Source: the human T2T-CHM13v2.0 reference genome, Homo sapiens. From it: a DNA stretch of 64,000 nt. A program made the translations under genes and the position numbers. The notes beneath the pieces are model-generated. The model saw only the letters and a list, made by a program, of their open reading frames with translations. It was not told where the DNA came from and searched no databases. The DNA is taken from NCBI RefSeq assembly GCF_009914755.1, contig NC_060941.1; one strand, 5' to 3'. Of this stretch, positions 1 through 15,720 are shown piece by piece. Position 1 is the first letter of the stretch. The number at the start of each line of letters is the position of its first letter.

Positions 1-149
1 CATGATATAAGCACAAGCCACTGTGACTGCCCAGGCCACCTGGGCCATACTGCCTTTCCCTAGTTCAGGGAAACATGTATGAGAATCCACTTTGAGTTGT
101 TAAAATCCCCTGGGTTTGAGTCCCAACTGTCTCCCATATGATGTTCTGA

Positions 150-579
<430 letters not shown>

Positions 580-857
580 TAATCTTTAGAGTCTCTTTCT
601 TTCTACCGACTACTTTAAAAGTCAGAAGTACAACTATCTGAGCTCCTCATTCGTGATAACACACTGGCCTTGTGATTTTTTTTAAGGAAATTACATCTTA
701 AATGTTCATGTTTTCATGCTCCCAAATTCATTCTTCATGTCCTGAAAACTTCTTACACTCTATCTGGTTTTGTTGGTTTGTTTCCTTTCTTGTTTTATTT
801 TGGTTTTTGTCTTTTGCTATGTGAATCTTACAATAGCTTCTGATCTAAAAGAGTAAC

Positions 858-1172
<315 letters not shown>

Positions 1173-1261
1173 CTAGGTGCCCCATCACTCATTTGTAAGT
1201 TGACATTTAAAACATTTTTGTCTCCAGTTTAAATAGTTGCAGAAGATATCATTTTAGGCAT

Positions 1262-1346
1262 GTAAATATGCAGACAGATAGATCAGATATAGATAGATAG
1301 GTAGGTAGGTAAGTAAGGAGGTAGGTAGGTAGCTAGGTAGATAGAT
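1262..1346. repeat. (TAGA/TAGG)n degenerate tetranucleotide repeat
   Basis: agatagatag gtaggtaggt runs. Confidence 0.8.
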
Positions 1347-1374
1347 TTGTTTAAATAAAACTGTTTCATTAGTC

Positions 1375-1699
<325 letters not shown>

Positions 1700-1996
1700 T
1701 ATCTCATCAGTCTTTTAAGTGAATCCAGTAGGTCCTAAATAGAATAGAGATTTTATTCCCATCATTATCCACTTAAAAACAGAATACATAAACAAGCCTA
1801 TGTTTCTTTGTTTGATGCACTTTTGTTTGCATGTTACATTTTACACACACACACACACAAATGCACCATAAGCAAACTCTTTTTCAAAAGCCAAAAAATT
1901 TACATCATTGCTTTTTCTGCTTGACTTGTATTTCAATTCTATTTCACCACAGAATATATCCTAAAGCAACTTATATTTATACTAGAAAATCTATTG

Positions 1997-2298
1997 ATTT
2001 TGTTTGTTTGTTTTTGATGAAGTCTCACTCTATTGCCCAGGCTGGAGTGCAAGGGTGCATGCAATCTTGGCTCACTGCAACCTCTGCCTCCCCGGTTCAA
2101 GCAATTCTCCTGCCTCGGCTTCCCAAGTAGCTGGGATTAGAGGCATGTGACACCATGCCCAGCTAACTTTGTATTTTTAGCAGAGACGGGGTTTCACCAT
2201 GTTGGTCACGCTGGTCTCAAACTTCTGACCTTAGGTGATCCACCCACCTCAGCCTCCCAAAGTGCTGGGATTACAGGCATAAGCCACCGCACCCAGCC
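1997..2298 (-). mobile_element. Alu (S-type)
   Basis: Antisense consensus. Confidence 0.9.
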
Positions 2299-3564
2299 AT
2301 ATTATTGATTTCTTTATCATGCTTCCCTGCCATAAAAATATCTGCATACATTTTAGATTAAAACCCTCAGTAAAATCAGCATAGAAGAGACATACCTTAA
2401 GGTAATAAAAGTCATCCAGGACAAACCCACAACCAACATTATACTGAAAGGGGAAAAGTTGAAAGCATTCCCCCTGGGAAATGGAACAAGACAAGGATAC
2501 CCACTTTCACCACTTCTATTCAACATAGTACTAGAAGTCCCAGCCACAGCAATCAGACAAGAGAAAGAAAGAAAGGGCATCCAAATCAGTAAAGAGGAAG
2601 TCAAACATCGCTGTTTGCCGACGATATGATCGTATACCTAGAAAACCCTGAAGACTCATCCAAAAACCTCCTAGAACTGATACATAAATTCAGCAAAGTT
2701 TCAGGATACAAGATTAATGTATACATATCAGTAGCTCTGCTATACACCAACAGCAATAAAGCTGAGAATCAAAGCAAAAACTCAACCCCTTTTACAATAG
2801 CTGCAAAATAATAATAATAATACTTAGGAATACACCTAACCAAGGAGGTGAAAGACCTCTACAAGGACTGCTGAAAAGAAGTCATAAATGACACAAACAC
2901 ATGGAAACACCTCCCATGCACACAGATGGGTAGAATCAATATGGTAAAAATGACCACACTGCCAAAAGCAATCTACAAATTCAACGCAATTCCCATCAAA
3001 ACACCACCATCATTCTTCACAGAACTAGAAAAAATAATCCTAAAATTCGTATGGAACCAAAAAAGAGCCCACATAGCCAAAGCAAGACTAAGCAAACAGA
3101 ACAAATCTGGAGGCATCACACTACCCAACTTGAAACTATACTTTAAGACTACAGTCACCAAAACAGCATGGTACTGGTATAAAAATAGACATGTAGACCA
3201 ATGGAATAGAATAGAGAACCCAGAAATAAAGGTAAATACTTACAGCCAACTGATCTTCTACAAAGCAAACAAAAACAAAGTGGAGAAAGGACGTCCTATT
3301 CAACAAATGGTGCTGGGATCATTGGAAAGCCACATATAGAAGAACAAAACTGGATCCTCATCTCTCACCTTATACAAAAATCAACTTAAGATGGATCAAA
3401 GACTTAAATGTAAGACCTGAAACCATAAAAATTCTAGAAGATAACACTGGAAAAACCCTTCTAGACATTGACTTAGGCAAAGATTTCATGACCAAGAACC
3501 CAAAAGCAAATGCAACAAAAACAACGATAAACAGATAAGACTTTTAAACTAAAAAGCTTCTGTA

Positions 3565-4005
<441 letters not shown>

Positions 4006-4506
4006 TCAAACAAATCAGCAAGAAAAAAACAAACAATCCCATCAACAAGTGGCCTAAGGACATGAATGGACAATTCTCAAATGAAGATATACAAATGGCC
4101 AACAAACATAAGAAAAAACGCTCAACATCACTAATGATCAGGGAAATGCAAATCAAAACCACAATGCAACACCCCTTACTCCTGCAAGAATGACCATAAT
4201 GAAAAAATCAGAATATAATAGCTGTTGGTGTGGATGTGGTGAAAAGGGAACACTTTTACACTGCCAGTGGGAATGTAAACTAACACAACCACTGTGGAAA
4301 ACAGTGTGGAAGTTCCTTTTAAAGAACTAAAAGTAGATCTACCATTGGATCCAGCAATCCCACTACTAGGTATCTACTCAGAGGAAAAGAAGTCATTACA
4401 CAAAAAACATACTTGCACACACGTGTTTATAGCAACACAATTCACAATTGCAAAAATATGGAACCAGCCCAAATGCCCACCAATCAAGGAGTGGATAAAG
4501 AAAATG

Positions 4507-4670
4507 TGATATATATATATATACATATACACACACACACACACACACAAACATACACACATATATATACACATATATGTATATATGTATGTATATATAT
4601 ACACATATATGTATATATGTATGTATATATATATATACATATATGTGTGTGGGTATATACATATATATAT
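4507..4670. repeat. (TA)n/(CA)n compound microsatellite in the L1 3' end
   Basis: Alternating purine-pyrimidine run. Confidence 0.92.
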
Positions 4671-5008
4671 CATGGACTACTACTCACCCATAAAAAGGAA
4701 TGAAATAATGATACTCGCAGCAATCTGGATGGAATTCATTATTCTATGTGAAGTAACTCAGGAATGGAAAACCAAACATCACATCTTCACTCATAAGCGG
4801 GAGCTAAGCTAGGCATAAGAATGATACAATGGACTCTGGGAATCTGGTGGAAAGGGTAGGGGGGCTAGGGGTGAGCGATAAAAGACTACATATTGGGGAC
4901 AGTGTACATTGCTTGGGTGATGGGTACACCAAAATCTCAGAAATTACCGCTAAAGAACTTATCCTTTTAACCAAACATCACCTGTTCCCCCCAAAACCTA
5001 CTGAAACT

Positions 5009-5041
<33 letters not shown>

Positions 5042-5620
5042 AATAAATAAATACCTACATACATTTTAATTTAATTTTTTAAATTTTCCTATGAGCCTAG
5101 GGCTCTAAATGCTTAAATAACAATTTCTTGGATTTAATAATGATAACTATTAGTGATAGGAAAGAGATACATAAGAATAAATAATATATAAGAAACCATT
5201 TTATAATTATTAAACATTACAAAGCAAAATGTTATTTGAAATGTATATGTTAGTGAATGGGGCTTTATTCTTGTTTTTTCAATTCATTCATCTATATGAG
5301 GATAGTTATTAAGTAGTCATTACTAGAATAAGACAGAGTTCATCAATTTTATTTTTATTTGATTTTTTTCTTTTTTGTTTTGTTTTTTTCTTTTTCATAA
5401 CATAAGGAAAGAGAAAATGTGTTCATATAAATGAGAGGATGGGGGAAAAAAAGAGATGTTGTGTTATAATACTGGCATTCTGTTCTTTGTACTATTTTCA
5501 AGTTACAGATCCAAAATCCCTCCATCATGGAAAATTACTTTCAAGGACCTCTCTGTTGACAATTTGATTAGATCCACCTTCAAAGGACAGGATCACATCA
5601 GAACTGCTAAAGGAATTGTG

Positions 5621-5963
<343 letters not shown>

Positions 5964-6349
5964 TCACTTTCTCCATGCCAGCACCAACATTCCAAGGGGC
6001 CCTCCATGTCTGCCTGAAGACCATGCCACCCAGAGACAAGGTCATAAGGCAAGAGCATCTTTCTTGTGTAAGGTGGGAAAGGGAAGCTGTGCCAAGGAAG
6101 GAAAGAAAGTAGGGCTGGCTTCCCCGGCATTCTCAGGCACAGCAGTTATAGGGAAGAGAACGTATGGAAGCTGAGGACCTAGAAACTAATTTTCTCAACA
6201 CTCTCTGTGCACCTGTGTATGGCTCAGAAAGGACAGTGTTTTTGACGGAACAGTGGCTCCAGTCTAACAGCTACTGACTCAGATGGCCTCTGGCAGGCTC
6301 CACCTCCAGGCTAGTTTTTCCAGATCACAGGGCTATAAAAACTGAAGAA

Positions 6350-7048
6350 AGAAACCAAACCCTGATCAACTAAAAGGGAAACCCACATATTACACGCCTT
6401 TTGATATGGGTAATACATCTGCAATACACAGCACCATGACATCTTCATGCCTGAAAAATGGAATCTGAACTAATCAAGACTCCAGGTCTAACTCTCAGCT
6501 TACAGGAAATACAGGGGACTGAGGAACAAGTTAGGCAGCACCACAAGGAAGTAATCAGCCAACATTCTAGAGACAAATGACCCAGTTTCTCCAACAAATT
6601 ACTAGCATGAAAAAAAAATGAACTGTTAAAAAATTAAAGAGACTTAAAAGATATAACAAGCAAATGCAATATAGAAACCTTGTTTGGACCCCAATTATAA
6701 CAAAACAATATTAGATGACACCTTTAGAAAGATGAAGAAAATCTGAATATGGACTGGATGTTAGATCATAAAAAGGAATTATTAATTTGGTAGGTATAAT
6801 GGCCATGTGATTATGTTTATTTTTAAAAAGTCATTCAGTTAGACATGTGTGTTGAATTTACAGGTGGAATTACATGTCATCTGGGATTAGCTTTTATAAA
6901 ATATTCTAACCTCCCAAGAAGTTTTGGGGAGGACAGGTGAACTGAGATTAGCAAAATGTCAATAATGATTGAAGTTGGGAGATGGGTGTCTGGGATGCAT
7001 TACAGGCTTCTATCCACAATTTTTACATGTTTAACAATGTCTATAATA
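6350..7048 (+). mobile_element. Old L1M (L1MC/ME-like) 3' fragment
   Basis: AAATGCAAT..ACCTTGTTTGGA, AATATGGACTGGATGTTAGAT, GTTGGGAGATGGGT motifs typical of L1MC/ME 3'UTRs. Confidence 0.65.
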
Positions 7049-7049
7049 T

Positions 7050-7354
7050 GCTGGGTTCCATAACTCACGCCTGTAATCCCAGCACTTTTGGAGGCCTAGG
7101 CAGGTGGATCACTTGAGCCCAGGAGTTCAAGACCAGCCTGGGCAACATGGTGAAACCCCATCTCTGCAAAAACTCAAAAATCAGCCAGGCACGTTGGCAC
7201 ATGCCTGTAGTCCCAGCTACTTGGGAGGCTGAGTTGGGAGGATCACCTGAGTCCAGAGAAGTTGAAGCTGCAGTGAACCATGACTGTGCCACTGTACTCT
7301 AGCCTGGGTGACAGGGTAAGGCTCTGTCTCAAAAAAAAAAAAAAAAAAAAAAAA
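7050..7354 (+). mobile_element. AluJ-type
   Basis: GAGCCCAGGAGTTCAAG and GGAGGATCACCTGAG J-type features, A-tail. Confidence 0.9.
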
Positions 7355-7698
7355 GGCCTATAAAAAAGATCTTTTAAGGGAGAAGGGGAGGAAAAAGTAT
7401 ATTTAGTTAGAGCCAACTATGTATTAGGCTAGGCCTGTGCTAGGCCCTTACCAAATAAGATCTTATTTCCCTAGTCCTGAGGCAGCTGTCAAATAAACTT
7501 CGATTGCTGTCTAAAGAGAAATGGGCATTTGATAAGCTGGGAAATAAATATGGCAGGTGATAAGAGGGAGGTGTTAGTGCCTGAGGAACACAGAGATGCA
7601 TCTAGGTCGCAAGGGGAGGGACTGAAGACAGCCCTTGGCAGACACATGTCAGAATCAGTATGCCTCAATTTCCATTTCTCCTACTACATGCTACTTAC

Positions 7699-7737
7699 CC
7701 CTGCAGCAAAGCCAAGACTTCCATCTAAGATCCGCCT
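7699..7737 (-). CDS. SLC39A11: SLC39A11 exon 3 (39 nt, RRILDGSLGFAAG)
   Basis: Acceptor tgttttgattttcAG, donor GGG|GTAAGT, phase 0/0; start of the GufA/ZIP LGFAAG(VML) motif. Confidence 0.96.
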
Positions 7738-8116
7738 CTGAAAATCAAAACAAGATGTTTCAGTTTCCAAGAGACAATAAGATGATGTTTCCTGGGACAA
7801 GAAGAAACCATAAGGCCCAAAAGAGCCACACAAATAAAGACTGGCCGACTCCTGAGCTCGTGAGCTACTCAGTTTATACCATGGGCCAAGAACCACGGGG
7901 AAAGTCTTTGGTTAACTTTCCACCCACCCCATAGCCAATCAGAAGCGTTCTTTCAAGTGGTGCTTGGCTTGTCTTGGCCCTTGTGTTGTCTCTTACTCAG
8001 CTTTCCCTGTGAATTACAACTGTAAACCTTTAGTAAGTAGCCTGTCTACAAGTTGGGAATTACTGAGCGTTGGTGAGGAGCAGAGGAGCAGGTGGAACAA
8101 TCAAAACCCTCACACA

Positions 8117-8550
<434 letters not shown>

Positions 8551-8562
8551 AACCCTCACACA

Positions 8563-9228
8563 ATGGCGGTGCAAACGGGTACCACCATTTTGGCAAACTA
8601 TTTGGCAGCACCGATGAGAGGTGAACACTATGTGTGCCACTCCTGAGTAATCCCATGACAGGAATGCACTTGTATTCAACAAACCCATGAAGAAAAATGT
8701 TCGGCAGTGCTAAGAGCCCAAAACTAGAAACTACCCAAACTCTCACCAACAGTAGGATGGATATGTTAACTAGGATACACTCATACAACAGGTACCATAA
8801 TGGCGATGGGAACGCACACACATACTACAGTTACATCTTACAAACAGACAGGGACATTAAAGAAACTGGAAAACAAGTAGGGTAAAATCAGCCAGATGCA
8901 GAACAGTACGTACTATATGATTACTCCATCTAAATAAAGCACAGAAACAGGGAAAATATCCGTGCTGTTAGAGATCACATGGGAGATGACCCTTGGAGTA
9001 AAGGTTGGGGATGGTGAGATTGGAAGGGAGACTGAAGGCTCCTGATTGGAAGGGGCTGTGAGGTGAGGAGCTGGTACTGTTTTGTTTCTTGATCTGGGCT
9101 CTAGTTTCATGAGCACTTGTGGAAAGTTATCAAGCTGCATACTTATATTAGGTTGGTGCAAACCTAATAAAATGCACCAGCCTAATAAAATGTGCATTTT
9201 TCCATAAGCATCTTCTATTTCAATACAG
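8563..9228 (+). mobile_element. Old L1ME-like 3' fragment
   Basis: ACCATTTTGGCAAACTATTTGGCAG, AAACTAGAAACTACCCAAA, ATGATTACTCCAT motifs. Confidence 0.6.
9146..9187. mobile_element. Internally deleted MADE1 (Hsmar1 MITE)
   Basis: TA-TTAGGTTGGTGCAAA ... TGCACCAGCCTAA-TA terminal inverted repeats with TA TSD. Confidence 0.8.
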
Positions 9229-9244
9229 ATTTTTTTTTTTTGCT

Positions 9245-10090
<846 letters not shown>

Positions 10091-10911
10091 ACCTAGGTTC
10101 CAGATAAACCATGTTTCTGGATTGTGTGTTTTCTGATTTCCAGTCTCCAACCCATCAGCTCCCGGGGGCAGTGCAGCGCAGCAAGGGAGGTCGGGATTTT
10201 ATTGTTGAAATCAAGGCCTGCTGTACTGGTCTCTAACACAAGAGTGCCTGACTTGTGAACTTCCTAAAGGTGTTTTCATTTCCAGATCTCCCTCACAACA
10301 TGTTGAACTAGATCTTAAGTCACTTATTCATTTGCCGTTTCTACAATGTCTCAGGCTACCGAGGTGATCGATGCAGGGATTGTGCATTCATCAAGATACC
10401 CATGGATGGCTCCAGGGCTGCGGACTGAGGGTGATCTGGGTTGGAGAAAAGAATGCAATTTCAGGTATATGAGGTGAGTGTGGGTTGTGCAGAGGTGTGG
10501 GGAGGGCATATGGGTATGGGTATGTGTGCAAGTGTGGGTATGTGGGACTATAGGTAGAGCGTGTAGAAGGGGTGTAAGGATGGGGTTGTGGGAGGAGGGA
10601 GAGATAGGCTGTGGGGCCATGACAGTGAGTGAGGGCACTGGGAGTAGGATACAAGGAAGATGTAGGAGAAAGAAGTAAGAGTTTGCAGGGGGCCAGGGAC
10701 GTGGGTCTGTCTATATTCATCCCAAGGGGAAAGGAAACAACCTGGAGATGGGTTGAAAAAAAAGGGAACAGATGCCCCTTCTTCTCCCAAGGTCTTTCCA
10801 ACCATCCCACCCAACTCAAGTCCACAGGGGAGGACAGTTACACCTGAAATCTAATGTTCTTCGGTCACGCATAGTACCACTTGCTCCAGGCCTGAAAGAA
10901 ATTACATGGCA

Positions 10912-11280
<369 letters not shown>

Positions 11281-11545
11281 CTATTCCCTTCAAGTCAGGC
11301 TGTCAAGGGTCAAGAGGGGAGATGATGGTGCATGAAGGTGTCTACAGCAAGCAGACATCTGTTCTCCCGGCCTGGCAGGGAGAAGGTGAGAAAATAAGAA
11401 GACAGCGAACAAACCCCAGTACACAATGCCTGGGGGTGTGGCCAGGGGCACTGAAAAGTCTACAAACCTGCTCCATGGAGTGGGACAGTGCCCCTTTACC
11501 AACGGGCTCCCCACCAACATCCAGAACCAAAGCAAGGCAACTCAC

Positions 11546-11653
11546 CTGTCCACTAGAGAATACGAACACGAGAGCTGCCCCAGCTGCTGTCATCCCCCAG
11601 GTGAAGAAGGTCCCCAGCAAGGCCTGGAACACAGAGCTGTGGCCTTGGAGCAT
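11546..11653 (-). CDS. SLC39A11: SLC39A11 exon 2 coding part (aa 1-36; the whole exon is 11546-11664 including 11 nt of 5'UTR)
   Basis: Acceptor cctcttgcacAG|CTGTATCCAGC-ATG; 108 nt encoding MLQGHSSVFQALLGTFFTWGMTAAGAALVFVFSSGQ; donor CAG|GTGAGT. Confidence 0.97.
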
Positions 11654-13849
11654 GCTGGATACAGCTGTGCAAGAGGAGCGAGAGGGTCAGCCACCGGTGG
11701 TCCGTTTCAGTGACAGGCGCATATTCTGACGGGTCCTAACACCCTGTGTGGGAGCTGGCCTCCCTCCAGGTTGACCGTATGCACCCTTCCACCACGCCAT
11801 CTGTGTCCCTCAGCCACCCAGCACACAGGTCAGGCTTCTCTATCCAGGTCCCCCAGGAACTGGAAATCGTCTTAATCTGAAAGAAGGCACAGGGAGATGC
11901 CAGGGGAATCCACAAAAAAGGCTGCAACATTGAAAAGTGGTTTCAAAGAGAAGCACAAAGAATGTGGTTTATTCCAGAAGAAGGGGGCATAGGAGGGTCT
12001 GATGCAGCCTCCCCCACATAATCTGCCTCTTCTACCGTCTCTTGCCCACCATCCGCACTCAGCCTCCACCAAAGACAGGTGACTAGCTCAGGTGATGTCA
12101 ACACGCTTCCAATCTTAATCCCCATCACATCTGCAACAGCGCACCTGCCCAGCCAAAGGGTAAACTCCACCAACCAACTTTTGATATCCCCCAACCCCCG
12201 ACTCTCCAATCCCGTTCTCCATCATGCCTGCACGAGCACCCAACTCCAGCTCAACTGAATTATTTATGGCACCTTCCACAAGCCCCAGACAATCCTGCCT
12301 CCAAGTCCCTGTTCATGCAGTTCCCTCCTGGAATACCTTCCTTGCACATTTCCAGCCATCAGAACCCGGAGCACCCTCTGCAGCCCACATAATGCCAACC
12401 TCACGACCAAGGCTTTTCTGGCCTTCCCCAGCCCTGTCCTAGCATGCAGCTTTGGTCCTCTCTCAGTGTGGCTTTGCCTCCATCTTTTACAGCCTTAGTT
12501 GCTTGAGGACGGGGACGGTGCTTTTTCACATTTGGCACCCCTGTAAAATAGGGCTTTGTAACCCCTGAAAAATATGTGCTGGATGGAAAAGGGCCAGCTT
12601 ACCTGCACAGGACAGTCAGCAAGGACAAGCAAAAGGACCCAGGAATGGAATGTCCCCTGGTCAACTCAGCACCCTGCTGCTGAAGCTGAAGTTACACCAC
12701 CGCCCACCAAGGAAAGGAAGGGAAGTACCACTCCCTCTCATTTCAGTCCAGAGAACCTCCTCCAGACTTTAACATGCTTAAAATTCTGGATCTGAGATGA
12801 CAATCAGATCTCTCCCTGTGGAAAGTTACAAGGCAGAGAAACCCATTTGTTGAAAAGCCCTGTGTTCTGGTACACAAACACTGGGCTCAGGGCCTCATAT
12901 CAAAGCCTCATTCATCTCCCTGATGGTCTGCCAGCACCCAGAGGGCTGGCTGGACACAACCACACTGGGCTCAGCCCTGCCAGTTCCCGGTGCTCTGTGA
13001 GGAGCCAGCAGCCCTGAGCCTGCAGATCAAGAGCTGAAGACGCTGCCTCGATTGACCCTGGAAGGAAACCATGGCAGAGTGTGGACGCAGCCCTTATGCC
13101 AAGCGGCTCAGCAACACACCCAGGCTCAAACCTAGGAAGGGTATAGGTCCAGGTGAGCCCAGGTGAGCCCTGGCTCAGCCCCTGTGCCAGAAACTCTGAG
13201 ATAAATAGCATCTATGGAATCAGACTCTAGTTCCCGCACTCTAAACGAACTGCACCAACTGTGAAAACTGTGACCACGCCAATTAAAGAAAAAAAAAATC
13301 ATTTTCAAAAAACTACTACCCTTTACATCCGTCATCTTGCTAAGCCACCCTAAAAAGAGGGGTTGGTCTTTGTTTTTAAACCAAGCCATCTGGACCATTA
13401 CACCAATCATCTATTCCGAGTTGCTGTGGACAAAATTTCAAACAGCATTTACAAAGAACAGCACAAAGGGATCATCCTCTTAGTACTTATCATCCAAGAC
13501 AGGGCATAACAAAAACACCTTTCTTTCCTGTATTTGAATGTGCCTCTTGACAGCTACAGAAGAGAGCAAACAATTTACATTTGCCAACAGGCCAAAGTCA
13601 ATGTGGATCTTGTGGGCTGGTGAACAGAACAGAGGGAGCTCGTGGGTGTTCCTGGTGGTTAGTGGGATAGGGAAACACCCGTCTAAGCCTGTCCCCATGT
13701 ATATCTGAGCACCCTCCTGAGTAAGAAAAAGGGACACAGAGGGAAGACCGAGGCCACCATCCTTTCCATCCCAACAGGAGCAGCATTGATCACGGGCAAT
13801 GCAAGCCCAGTGCCCCTCGGAGAAGTTTCTTCTCTATTTGCTGTTTTAA

Positions 13850-14000
13850 ATCCTCGCTACAAGGGTGGTCAGAGAACCAGCAGCACTGGTCCGGCTTGGG
13901 AGCTAGTTAGGAATGCAGAAACTCAGGTCTCACCCCAGACTTTCTGAATCAGGGTCTGCATTTTGTGGAATTCCATGGGGGATTCTTATGCACATTAAAC
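13850..14000 (+). mobile_element. MER5A-like hAT-Charlie MITE
   Basis: GAATGCAGAAACTCAGGTCTCACCCCAGAC..CTGAATCAG..CTGCATTTT. Confidence 0.7.
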
Positions 14001-14034
14001 TGTGGAAAGCAAAAGATTAAAACTGGTAAAACTT

Positions 14035-14363
14035 GGCCAGGCGCAGTGGCTCATGCCTGTAATCCCAGCACCTTGGGAGGCCAAGACGGGCAGATCACCT
14101 GAGGTCAGGAGTTCGAGACCAGCCTGGCCAACACGGTGAAACCCCATCTCTACTAAAAACACAAAAATTACTTGGGCGTCGTGGTGTGTGCCTGTAGTCC
14201 CAGTGCCTGTAGTCCCAGCTACTCGGGAGGCTGAGGCAGGAGTAATCGCTTGAACCCGGGAGGCGGAGGTTGCAGTGAGCCGAGATCGCGCCACTGCACT
14301 CCAGTCCGGGTGACAGAGCAAGGCTCTGTCTCAAAAAAAAATAAAAATAAATAAATAAATAAA
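14035..14363 (+). mobile_element. Alu (Sx-like) with a 15-bp internal tandem duplication
   Basis: Consensus; gtgcctgtagtccca x2; TSD aaaactggtaaaactt. Confidence 0.93.
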
Positions 14364-14440
14364 ACTGGTAAAACTTCTACAATACCAAGAGCTTAGAAAA
14401 TGAGTTCTCCTGCCCCATGTGGGATTGGCAAGAGCAAAGA

Positions 14441-14530
14441 AGAGTCCCAAAAGAACAGAAAGTTTTCTGCAGAGTCTCAAGAGAAGAAAAAGTTTCTGGC
14501 AGAGTCCCAAGAGAACAAGAAGTTTTCTCT
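14441..14530. repeat. 30-bp minisatellite, 3 copies
   Basis: agagtcccaaaagaacagaaagttttctgc / agagtctcaagagaagaaaaagtttctggc / agagtcccaagagaacaagaagttttctct. Confidence 0.9.
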
Positions 14531-14964
14531 AACCGGCAGACCAGTAACAACTTTAGGACACAGCATCTCCATCACAGCTTACACAATGGGGCTCAGAATT
14601 CCTCACGATGGGGATATTAATTCCATCAACCCTGATTCGTTAGCAGCAGGGAGAATCATTCTCTGACCGTTCCAACTTTTAACATGCCAACAGCCTGTAG
14701 ACTTGTACACACCTGCCACAGCAGCACATGGGCATTCCCGGCTGATTGATACAGGTTTGTTTTCTTTATTTCCTTTCTCCCCCTTTTAAACCTGTTGTTC
14801 CGCTTCCAAGAGTCAGTTCAAGAGGCTGGTGAAGTTGCAGAAGTGGAAACAGCACTAGGGCTGCTGGGCCTTAGTGGAGCTGCACACACATGCCCTAACT
14901 CCACGAGGGGGAATCCAGCAGAAGGATTCAGGTCTGGGCGGAGAGGACTGTGGAAAAGTTCTCT

Positions 14965-15075
14965 AATGCCTCGCTACTCAAAGCGTGGTCCGCGGACCAC
15001 CCAACCTGGGAATTAGTTAGAAATGCACACTGTCACGCCCCACCCAGACCTGCTGCAAGTTAACCAGATTCCCAG
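14965..15075 (+). mobile_element. MER5A-like fragment
   Basis: CTACTCAAAGCGTGGTCCGCGGACC..GTTAGAAATGCA..CCCCACCCAGACCT. Confidence 0.7.
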
Positions 15076-15159
15076 TCAAGTTCCAGAGGTCCAGCTAACA
15101 GCCAGAGCAAGTGGGAGGGGCCTGGGAGCAGCTGGATTTGTAGCTGCCTCTGCTCCCAG

Positions 15160-15720
15160 GAATCCCGGGTACCCCCACACACCGCCTAGGAAGGGACGAA
15201 CGAAGAGGATTTGGGTTAGGACTGTAAAAGGAAGGCATGTCATTGCCTTCCAGATCACCCTGGAGAGGGACATAGCCGGGGTCCGGGGACTTCCTTCCCA
15301 CCGCCCCTCACCCTCCCACCCCGCCCCGACACCTGCCAAAGCCTCCAATTTCTCCTCCAAACCCCTCCTCTCTCCAGGCGTACCCCCTTCCAAGCTCCAG
15401 GTGGCTGCCCTTCCAAGTCCCACACTCTTGTCCTGATGGCCTCCGACCCCGGGCCTCGAGCCCAACCAAAGGCACCGAAGGAGAGAAAAGCCAACTCACT
15501 AGGGTGCCCTCTCCAGCCCCCACTGCACTTCCATCAGCCCCCGCTGCCACTCTCTCGCCGGCTCCACTCCCGCAGTCACTTCCTGCTTCCCTCCCGCACA
15601 CGTGGCCCTCCCGCCTCCGGGCCCCGCCCCCTTGGCCGCAACTGGCAACTCCCGCCTGAAGAATAGATTCTCTGGTTCACAGCCGTCTGCAGGCTCAGGA
15701 ACAGATCTGGGCGGGCAGAA
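15160..15720 (-). promoter_or_regulatory. SLC39A11: TATA-less CpG-rich promoter of SLC39A11
   Basis: Main non-repeat CpG-dense segment; ETS CAGGAAGT (15578-15585, minus), E-box CACGTG (15599-15604), GC box GCCCCGCCCC (15621-15630). Confidence 0.85.
15500..15580 (-). other. SLC39A11: SLC39A11 non-coding exon 1 (TSS approximate)
   Basis: Donor CTA|GTGAGT (actcac at 15494-15499 on +) in a CpG-rich region directly downstream of ETS, E-box and GC-box motifs. Confidence 0.85.

Noticed and set aside
11342-11545. Extension of the 103-aa ORF past GQ (VSCLALVLDV...)
   Set aside because: Read-through of the exon 2 donor (CAG|GTGAGT) into intron 2; the true frame continues in exon 3.
14441-14530. 30-bp repeats as a CRISPR-like array
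   Set aside because: Contiguous units with no spacers, in primate DNA with no cas genes.
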